From contig OX597830.1 in the NCBI GenBank assembly GCA_951406725.2, positions 67,146,001 to 67,210,000 on the forward strand: a stretch of 64,000 nt of DNA, read 5' to 3'. This DNA comes from Octopus vulgaris (lineage: Eukaryota). Below, piece by piece: positions 54,022 to 64,000 of the stretch (its first letter is position 1; each line of letters begins with the position of its first letter). The position numbers and the translations under genes are program-made. The notes beneath the pieces were generated by a model. That model ran no database searches. It saw nothing but the letters and a program-made list of their open reading frames with translations, and had not been told where the DNA came from.

Positions 54022-54065
<44 letters not shown>

Positions 54066-54310
54066 AATATGTTACATTACTCGATAGTCAAGATAAAACT
54101 CCGAGTTTCAGATGCCGAAGTGGAAATGCACAACACCATCTCTTCGGTTATCTGGCTAAGAGATGGTGTTGTGGATTTCTACTTCGGCATCTGAAACTCG
54201 GAGTTTTATCTTGACTATCGAGTAATGTAACATATTATTGTATAGATAAATTTCCTCTGTTTACATAATATTGAGGTCTCTTTCTTTCTTTTGTTATCTT
54301 ACCGTTTTAT

Positions 54311-54312
<2 letters not shown>
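53356..54312. mobile_element. Cluster of Penelope-type terminal fragments and fold-back palindromes separated by (TA)n
   Basis: Hammerhead-like motif at 53479-53516; palindromes at 53618-53705, 53816-54029 and 54058-54244. Confidence 0.55.
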
Positions 54313-54354
<42 letters not shown>

Positions 54355-54356
54355 AG

Positions 54357-54405
<49 letters not shown>

Positions 54406-55075
54406 TTGTATAGAGAGAGATGTTGTATACTGTCAACTTAATGTGACAGTCCCAGGAAGGGAATCACACACCACCGCTATTTAGCCCTAGGAAGCATCAA
54501 CGCTTCCTGTCGGCCTTGACACAGTTCCCGTGTCCTTTGGAAAAGTTCCTGATTTTAAGGGTGTCGCGAAGGGACTGGCTGGAGGCCCAACCTTCCGAGT
54601 TGTTCAGCAGAGCTTAGAAAAACTGAAGAACCGCTGCAATAAGCGCGTGAATCATAATAATAAAATCAAAATTAACCGATTCTCCTGTATTTTCTTTTAC
54701 CCGAAGCCAGAAACTTTTCAGCACCCCCCTCGTGTGAGACTCTGTGTGTGTGTGTGTGTGTGTGTGTGCGTGCGTGTGCACGTGTGTACACCGTTCTGCT
54801 ATAAGACACGAGGTCTGAAATTTTAGGATCACTCCGACTCTCAGTGCACGACTCCGAAAGGATGAAAGGCCGAGTCGACCTTGGCGGAATTTGAACTCGG
54901 AACGTAAAGACAGACGAAATGCCGCTGAGAACTTTGTTCGGTGCTAACGATTCTGGCAAGCTCACCTTTCTAAATATGTATGCATGTAAGCATGCAAGTA
55001 TGTATGTATGTATGTATGTATGTATGTATGTATGTATGTATCTGTCTGTTTGTCTGTCTATCTATCTATTTATCC

Positions 55076-55116
<41 letters not shown>

Positions 55117-55218
55117 AATCTATCTATCTATCTATCTATCCATCTATCTATCTATCTATCTATCTGTCTGTCTGTCATTCTATGTATGTATGTATGCATG
55201 TATGTATGTATGTATGTA

Positions 55219-55254
<36 letters not shown>

Positions 55255-55313
55255 TCTCTCTATCTATCTATCTAGGATCTATCTATCTATCTATCTCTCT
55301 CTCTCTATCTCAC

Positions 55314-55499
<186 letters not shown>

Positions 55500-55839
55500 C
55501 CTGTATTCTACACACACACACACATAGTAAACCCAGTCTCTGTTTAGATCTCGGGTTGTAGCTTTTACGTTGCTAATGTTTATGTATAACGTAGGATACT
55601 ATTTTCCCCCGCAGTCTTAAAAATATCAGCTTTCCCGCTGACTTGGAAAAGGCAACAGGAGACGACTATGTGGTTACATTCGAAAACGGATGCCACATTG
55701 CATGACAAAATAATTGCAAACGACAATTATCTAATGGTAATGTTATATTTAACCAGAAAATAAACGTATTTGTGTTTAGTGATAAAAAAGAAAGAATAAG
55801 AAAGAGCTGAGAAAGGAAATGTAATCCTCTAAGTTTTAC

Positions 55840-55861
55840 CTGCGATCACAAATTTCGCCAT
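55840..55861 (-). CDS. MDH1B: MDH1B-like gene, coding exon 1 (MAKFVIAG)
   Basis: Minus strand reads ATG GCG AAA TTT GTG ATC GCA G|GTAAAAC, matching the MDH1B-family N-terminus. The phase-1 donor fits exon 2. Confidence 0.88.
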
Positions 55862-55875
55862 GAGTGCGCCAGCTG

Positions 55876-55889
55876 GTTGTTATGGTAAC
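55876..55889. promoter_or_regulatory. RFX X-box-like motif just upstream of the MDH1B ATG
   Basis: GTTGTTATGGTAAC (minus GTTACCATAACAAC) resembles the palindromic X-box GTTRCCATGGYAAC; 14 nt from the start codon. Confidence 0.6.
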
Positions 55890-56353
55890 GATAAACAAAT
55901 ACAAACGTAATTTTTTTTTTTTGACGTATACGGATACAAAGCCATGGATTTGTAAGGGAAAGAGATGATAGTGGATACCAATCGATTCTAGTACATGACT
56001 GCATCTTATTTTTCATCGATCCAGATGTGATGGATTGATGAATGTCAAAGTCGATCACCAGGGCAACACTCGGGTGTTACGTGGCTGTTATGGGAGAAAC
56101 TCTGAATTTTGGGTACCACAATCTTTTAAGCGCTTCTGTGCCTCTATAGGTTTTAATCCGTCCTATACAATACCTCATAAATTTTTTTTTTTTTTTTGTA
56201 TTTTCAAAAATTATTTTCGAACTTGTGATCTTTACGCTGGAATTCATACGATTATGCAAAAAAAAATGCTAATTTGCTTCTTTAGGCATAGGCTGTGTAG
56301 GAAGAGGTTTGCTTGCCACTCGCAAGCATATATACATATATATGTGTGTGTGT

Positions 56354-56391
<38 letters not shown>

Positions 56392-56409
56392 GTGTGTGTG
56401 TGTGTATAT

Positions 56410-58068
56410 ATAATGAAAATTACACTGACATCTCATTTTAACATATATTTACCAAAATTTCATAAAAATATCTTGAAACATTAAAGAGTAAATTTATTCA
56501 ATAAAATCGTCATTGGCTTCAACCACGGCCTTCATACAACTTCGGAATCTCCTGCAACTCTTCTGGATGGTCTCCTTGTTTAAGTTGGTGAATGCTGCCA
56601 TAATCCTTGCTTTCAGTTCATCTTTGGTTACAAGGAGTTTTGTTGGTCTCTTGCTCTACTGCATCCACACATAATAATCATGGGGGTTACAGTCTGGGAT
56701 GATAGGCAGCCAAATGTTAGGGGTGATGTGATCTCAGAAATAGCCTGACAGTCAAAACTGGATTCTCCTGCTTGTGTGGCATGGTGCAGAGTCCTGTTGC
56801 CAGAGATAGGGTCGTCCAACAGCCACCCTCTTGACCCAGGGCAGCACTACCTCCTCCAGGCACTTGATGTAGGGCTCTGTACTGAGTCTGAGGCTGTATG
56901 GGAAGATGAATGGAGGCATAACGTCGCCATCACCAGTGATCACCGCAAATGGATGGAAGCACTCCGTCGGTTACGACGACGAGGGTCCCGGTTGATCCGA
57001 TCAACGGAACAGCCTGCTCGTGAAATTAACGTGTAAGTGGCTGAGCACTCCACAGACACGTGTACTCTTAACGTAGTTCTCGGGGATATTCAGCGTGACA
57101 CAGAGAGTGACAAGGCCGTCCCTTTGAAATACAGGTACAACAGAAACAGGAAGTAAGAGTGAGAGAAAGTTGTGGTGAATGAGTACAGCAGGGATCACCA
57201 CACCACCATCCCTGCCAGGGCCTCGTTGAGCTTTAGGTGTTTTCGCTCAATAAACACTCACAACGCCCGGTCTGGGAATCGAAACGGCGATCCTACGACC
57301 GCGAGTCCGCTGCCCTAACCACTGGGCCATTGCGCCTCCATCACCGCAAATACCATGATGTTGACTAGATGTTTGATGTTCATCACTCTGAGTATGTGTT
57401 TTAGGGACACGGCAAGCCAAGAGTTGTTCTGTGTGTTCACCATCTGACCCTGGCAGAAATTTTTCTCACCTGAGAAAAACTAAAGCATGTTCAGCTGAAA
57501 GGGATGCTTGAGTTTGTTCAAAAGCATCGTAGTGAGGTCTTTCCTCTTGTCCTTGTTGGCTTGGAATAAAAATTGGCCCTTTCTCATCTTGTATGAGGAA
57601 TACCGAATGCCTTCATGCACTAACTGCCTTATAACAAACTCAGACACTCTCGTGTCCCTGACAATGGACCTGACTGACTTGGAAGGATTGTTGTCAATCA
57701 TGGCCTGGATCTCATCAACAAATTCAGGAGTTTTTTTTTTCTTATCAGAATGGTCAAAGTGAGTCTTTCAAGCTGCCGTACTTTCCATTAGACTCATCCA
57801 ACTCTTTCCGAATCCTCTACACTGTCCTTAGATTGACACACAAACACTCTAAAATGTTCGTATTGGAGCTTCCAGTGTGAATGCCAAGCAGTACAGCATG
57901 TCATTTCCAAATTTCTGGCAGATTGAATTGCGTCATGGTGCTGTCTTTATCACAGACGGTGCCCAACTGACCCTACTATACTGTGTAGTCGATAAAATAA
58001 AAATAAAAACAATGCACATGCACGAAGTTAAAAAATATAAAATGGCGACAATTTACCATTGTACCCTG
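56410..58068 (-). mobile_element. Degenerate Tc1/mariner-superfamily (maT/DD37D-like) transposon
   Basis: NPSKSVRSI (HTH), WQQDSAPCHTS and DCNP.DYYVW-like motifs. One end CAGGGTACAATGGTAAATTGTCGCC next to TA. Confidence 0.78.
56951..57339 (-). mobile_element. SINE family B nested in the transposase, 12-bp TSD
   Basis: TSD ATCACCGCAAAT at 56939-56950 and 57340-57351; near-identical to 8626-9015. Confidence 0.9.
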
Positions 58069-58099
58069 TATGTATGTATGTATGTATGTATGTATGTAT

Positions 58100-58379
58100 G
58101 GGATCTTTTCCTTTTGAACGGCAGTTTTCAACTCAATTTCTAGTTAAACACTTTAAAACTTCGTATACTGGTAGAATGTGTCAAAATAAAACATTTTTTT
58201 GTCTTGGCTTTCTTGAGAAAATTGTAATTTGTAAGTTTAACGTAGTTTTACAATTTTCTCAAGAAAGCCAAGAGAAAAAAATGTTTGATTTTGACACATT
58301 CTACCAGTATACGAAGTTTTAAAGTGTTTAGTTAACTAGAAATTGTGTTGAAAACTGCCGTTCAAAAGGAAAAATTTCC
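58100..58379. mobile_element. Fold-back MITE (~128-bp arms)
   Basis: Arms are reverse complements around a ~20-bp spacer. Confidence 0.8.
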
Positions 58380-58821
58380 TATGTATGTATATTTATCACT
58401 GCTAGAGACTTTGGAGTAACTGTCAATAACAACAGAAGCTGGACTGCCCAAACAGTTAAATTGACATGGCCCGCAGGACTTTCTCTTGGATCTTTAGTAC
58501 TTTCCGGTCGAGGTTGGTAAATCATTTTAACTACCACCTGATAAGAAAGATCCATCTGGAGAAAAAGTGCCTGCTTCAAACAGTGTTCGAGAAAAGATGG
58601 GTAACTGTTGTAAAGAAGCTGAGATTGAATAGGACCGTGTTAGTGTAGCCGGGCAAGGCAAAAAAGAAGGGGGAAAAAAGGAACGGAAAACAAAGGAAAA
58701 AAAGGAAAAGGTTGGCGGGTTAAATAAACAACCCTCCCCTAAAATTTCGGGTCTTGTGCCTAGAGTGGGAAAGAATAATTAAATTATGCAACGGGAAAAT
58801 TGTCTTACATGAAACCGACCT

Positions 58822-59236
58822 GGGATCTTTTCGGTTTGACCGGCAATTTTTTCTAGCGGTGTCATATGATAAATTGTCACCCATAATTATATCCCTAGTA
58901 TCGATCTATTGCATTTCAATCTGTTTTAGGGTTAGGGTGGGGGGAAGGGTATCTTTTTTTCTTCACAAATGTAAATAAACCCAATCTGTTTCTTAAACGA
59001 GGGACATATTCATACGGCACAGAATGTTTTCATCTCAATAGTTGTCATTGATTGGTTGAAATTGCAGAAATTGAAGAAAAACAACAACAAATACCTTACA
59101 AACTATAGAATTTTCTCAATAAAGCCAAGAGAAAAAGATGTTTTATAAACACATTCTACCAGTATACGAAGTTTAAAAGTGTTTGGTTACGTGAAAATTA
59201 TTTTTTAAAAAATGCCGGTCAAACCGAAAAGATCCC
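58822..59236. mobile_element. MITE with GGGATCTTTTCGGTTTGACCGGCA TIRs
   Basis: 24-bp perfect TIRs; right half related to the 58100-58379 arms. Confidence 0.8.
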
Positions 59237-59389
59237 TGCTTTATTTTATCACTTAAAGGCAAAGCTGATCCTGACTGGATTAAAAATCCGAACATATAGA
59301 GCTTAAATTAAACACCGCAAGGTATTTTGTCCGACGCTTAACGAATCTTTGGATAGAAACTTAGAACGGGTTATTAGCAGGATCTAGAG

Positions 59390-59608
59390 CAGTGCTTTTC
59401 AAACTTTTTGCTGGAGCGGAACCCCAAGGAAACATTCCACTGGCTCGAGGAACACCTGTGCAATAATTTAATAGTCTTATGCACACATGTCTGCACAGGA
59501 GATTTAAAAATTACTGCCGATTTTAGCAGTTTTGTAACTTCTTGCGGAACCCTTGGACTATACTGGCGGAACCCTAAGGTTCCGTGAAACCCTGGTTGAA
59601 AACCACTG
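59390..59608. mobile_element. hAT (Charlie-like) MITE
   Basis: CAGTG..TTTCAA / TTGAAAACCACTG TIRs; 8-bp TSD ATCTAGAG at 59382-59389 and 59609-59616. Confidence 0.88.
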
Positions 59609-59907
59609 ATCTAGAGAGCGCCAAACAAAACTTTGGTGTATATATTGATGCATCGTATTATTTTTGTTTTACTACTTCATCCCTCCAGGTTTCTAAGTTC
59701 GACGTTCTTCTTTCTATACCTTTCATCAATTCAGAATTGAGGATCGATAAAATAAGTGACAGTCAAAGGTAGTGACGTGGGAAATAATCGACTGTTTTCC
59801 TTCTCGCAAACGTATACGGCCTTGTGCCTCTGTTGCAAAAAAAAAAAAGAAAAAGAAATCAATATTAATTCAAACAAACTGTCACCATGTCATTAGATAC
59901 CATTCAT

Positions 59908-59940
<33 letters not shown>

Positions 59941-60701
59941 TTTTACTCAATCAATATACACAATTATGCAGATGTAATAAATAGAGCTGTAAATACTTCT
60001 AATGTATCCCGACGTCGGCGATTGAAGTCAGGTTTGGCGTGTTGTAGTTTCTCATTACACCACCTAATACCACTCCCCTCTTGCATCTCTTCATACCCTC
60101 CCCTCCTCCTTCGTCTCCTCCACTCCTTCGTCTCCTCCTCTCCTTCGTCTCCTCCTCTCCTTGCTCTCTACAATCGTGTTTTTCCACCTCCATTTACACA
60201 CAAATCTAGTTTACTTGTTATCAACAGCTATATTGATTGATTTAACTTTTATACATACATGTGCTGAGGTAAAGGTGTGTAAACGTTCTCTCTACATATA
60301 GACACACACACACAAACACACGCATACGTATATACAAACATATACACACGAATAAGCATATCTTTTTATCTTTTGCTTGTTTCAGTCATTTGACTATGGC
60401 CATGCTGGGTATATAATCTTGAAGGATTTAGTCGAACAATTTGGCCCCACTACAGTTCGATTGATCAAACGACTGAAATGCTCGTCCTTGGAATCAAAGG
60501 CATCCATTTATTTAATGATGTATATCTGAATGCATGCTTATGGCTGTGTGGTAAGAAATTTACTTCCCAACCTCATGATTCCGGGTTCAGTCCCACTGCA
60601 TGGCACCTTGGGTAAGAGTCTTCTGCTGTAGCCTTGGGCTGACCAATGCCTTGTGAAGGGATATGGTTGGCGGAAACTGAAAGATGCCCATTGTATATAT
60701 A

Positions 60702-61646
60702 TTGGGTTGGCAACTAAGTTCCTACTGTTTTTTTTAAATTTTAATTTTTTAAAAGATTTAATAAAAAATAAGAACTAAATTAATCAATAATGTATTCACC
60801 CTTCTTTACAACTTCTTCCCAACGTTCAACAAGATTTTCAATACCTCATTGGTAGAAATCACCTGATTTCAACTCGAAAAATCGATCCAACCCAGCTCTC
60901 AATTCTGCATCAGTATTGAATGAAACTCTGCGCATAGCATTTGAAAGAGATCGAAAGAGGTGGAAATCCATTGGTTCCAAATCAGGAGAGTATGGTGGGT
61001 GTGGCAGCACTTCCTTAGCCATGCATCTGAATGGCTTCCTTGGTCATATTGGTGATATGAGGGCAGGTGTTGTCGTGCAGTAGAAGAACTCCACGCTGCT
61101 GATTATGTCTTTTCTCTTGAATAGCCATGCTGAGTTGTTCCATCTGTTGAAGATAGAGTTCCGCATTGACCGTTTGGTTCTGTTCAAGCAATTTATAATG
61201 GATAATCCCTTCCCAGTCCCACCATACACACAGCATCGTTCTATGTGGATGAGGATCTTGTTTCATGCATGTTGTTGCTTGTTTACCGGGGCTAAGCTAT
61301 TCCTTACGCTACTTCATATTGATATACAGGCACCATTTTTCATTGCCAGTAACGATTCGTTAAAGAAATCGTTGCTTGTGTCCATGAGTTGAGCGGTGAC
61401 GAGCAAGCAAACCAGCAGAGATTGTGGCTCGTTGATTTTTGTTGTTGTCACTTAAAGCATGCCGAACCCATGCTCCATACTTCTGAACCTTTCCCATCAA
61501 GTGAAGATGCTTCTCTATAGCAGTGTGGGAGCATTCCATTTTCTCTGCCAGTTACTTGTTGTTTGACAAGAATTTTCATGCAAAAGTTGGCTTAATCACT
61601 CTTCATCGAACTCAACTGGATAGCCAGAACAAGGTGCATCTTTGAG
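60702..61646 (-). mobile_element. Degenerate mariner transposase remnant
   Basis: MLCVWWDWEG, LLHDNTCPH and PHPPYSPDL..DFHLF motifs; terminal TA|TTGGGTTGGCAACTAAGTT. Confidence 0.85.
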
Positions 61647-61685
61647 GTATGTATGTATGTATGTATGTATGTATGTATGTATGTA

Positions 61686-61730
<45 letters not shown>

Positions 61731-61745
61731 ATATATATATGTATG

Positions 61746-61776
<31 letters not shown>

Positions 61777-62767
61777 CAATAGTTATCGCCATACTAATAT
61801 GGCAGTCTTATAAATATAAGACTAAAGCTGTCGCTGATTAGCTCCATGAGGCCACCGCTATTTGACACACAACCTGCATCCATTATAAACCTTCAGAAAG
61901 GAAAAAATCTATCAGAAAGGAACTCTAATCTCTCTTAAAAAAATATCTTTTGATAAGCATAACAAATGCGCAACTGGTAAAAAGAACTTTCACCTAATTA
62001 AATTACTTAAATTACTTAAATTATTTTGTCAGCATTTTCTTCATTTCCTTTTTTATACATATATATATATATATGAGTTATCGGTATGATTTTGTTTGTT
62101 CCCTACCACCACTTGACAACCAGTGTTGATGTGTTTACATCTCCATGACCTAGCAGTTCAGTCAAAGAGACCAAGGGGATAGATTATTTTATATACCCTG
62201 TAGTGGAAAAAAAAAAACCTTAATTAGACCAGGATGCATTTATTTCACTGAGCACTCATTATGAGGATAAAATGATACCACATATGATAAACAGACAGGT
62301 TTAAAAGAAATCGAAAGAAAGAGGAAATAAAAGGGAAAATGGATAAATAAAGAGAAAATAAACAAATATTGATTTAATTTGGATATTCAGACCAGGCCAT
62401 AGCAATAAAGTTTTATACTTTTTTGAATATTAGAAATGTAGTATTGATTGAGACGAGTAAAGTAAGTTGAAATTTTAATCATATTTAGTCACAATCCACA
62501 AAAAAAAAAAAAAACTCCATTCCTCTTTATGGCATCTTGAATATATTATACTTTCTGTGCTTTATGAAATTCAATGAAACAAACTCAAGATTTCCCAATT
62601 GAGTGCAGCACCATGTAATTGTTTATCTTAAGAAACAATTCTATATGTTCCCAGTCATTCAAAGTAGTTAGCCAGATCTGGATTATATCAGGTATCTTCC
62701 CAGATTCCAAATCTCTACTCCTTTACATTATATAAATATACATACATATATATATAGATGTACACAT

Positions 62768-63173
62768 AGGCGCAGGAGTGGCTGTGTGATAAGTAGCTTG
62801 CTTACCAACCACATGGTTCCGGGTTCAGTCCCACTGCGTGGAATCTTAGGCAAGTGTCTTCTGCTATAGCCTCGGGCCAACCAATACCTTGTGAGTGGAT
62901 TTGGTAGACGGAAACTGAAAGAAGCCTGTCGTGTATATGTATATATATGTGTATGTATGTATGTTTGTGTGTCTGTGTTTGTTCCCCTAGCATCGCTTGA
63001 CAACCGATGCTGGTGTGTTTACGTCCCCGTCACTTAGCGGTTCGGCAAAAGAGACTGATAGAATAAGTACTGGGCTTACAAAGAATAAGTCCCGGGGTCG
63101 ACTTGCTCGACTAAAGGCGGTGCTCCAGCATGGCCGCAGTCAAATGACTGAAACAAGAAAAAGAGTAAAGAGA
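62768..63173 (+). mobile_element. SINE family A copy
   Basis: Full head, body and tail. Confidence 0.87.
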
Positions 63174-63178
63174 GATAT

Positions 63179-63233
<55 letters not shown>

Positions 63234-63506
63234 AAATTTAAATGATGAGGGTGATACATTGAATATTAATTTAATTAACATCAATTTAAAACCAGTGGCC
63301 TGGCATATAGAAAAATTTGAAAATTCAGAAAAATTGTATTACATGATGCATATAAGAAGGGATGACCACTAAGTGGACATCAAATATGCTAGAAATAGAT
63401 CACCTACGATCTAACCACACACACATATATATATATATATATATACAATTGTTTGTTTATATTCCACCTGCCTTCGTCTTTTGTTTATTTTCATAAAGCT
63501 TCCCGT

Positions 63507-63537
<31 letters not shown>

Positions 63538-63817
63538 GTATGTATGTATTGTTTATATATATGTATATATATATGCATTGTGCTTTTACAAGAAGATAGG
63601 TAACAGTGACTTTGAAGTTTTAGCCTGCTAACCATTATGAGACAGATGACTTTCAGGCCAAAGCTTCAAAGTCACTCTCACCATTCTTCTTGGAAAAGTT
63701 TTTTTTTTAAATTGATACTCTGCAAAAAGAAGTATTGGGTAATCCTTCAGTTTAATATAAAATTACTTCTGTTATGTTTTGACATAAAAACAAACACTAA
63801 CATATATATATATATAA

Positions 63818-63854
<37 letters not shown>

Positions 63855-64000
63855 TTTTCATGTGAAATCGTGTGTTGAAACAGATATTGTTGTATTTCGG
63901 AATGGTCATTTTGCCAGTTTAGCCAATAAAAACACACACACTATATATTTGGTGTTACTTTGCTTCAGTGTTATTTATTTTTTACATTAAACTTAATCTT

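Overview
Repeat-saturated, AT-rich eukaryotic DNA with one 100-N scaffold gap (11684-11783). The SINE, LINE and microsatellite content suggests an octopus or other coleoid cephalopod (inference). One real protein-coding gene can be reconstructed: a six-exon, minus-strand MDH1B-like gene (55861->40114, 587 aa, all introns GT-AG and in phase). It has an RFX X-box-like motif 14 nt upstream of the ATG and lacks the MDH catalytic residues. About 2 kb past its stop codon lies an inverted, >99% identical, still-open copy of its 1099-nt exon 3 (36898-37996), part of a patchy inverted duplication (~27.3-38.75 kb vs ~44.07-51.5 kb) that lacks the other exons. The rest is transposon debris: RTE LINEs (one near full length with an internal inversion between 17-bp inverted repeats), R4/Dong-like, CR1-like and Penelope-like elements, Helitrons, Tc1/mariner and hAT elements, MITEs and tRNA-derived SINEs. 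Several Penelope-type ends carry hammerhead-like motifs and form long palindromes, and there is an old ~82-bp satellite. Most ORFs in the supplied track are microsatellite or SINE artefacts. No clearly new biological system is proven; the best candidate is the inverted exon-3 copy as a possible dsRNA (editing/siRNA) partner.
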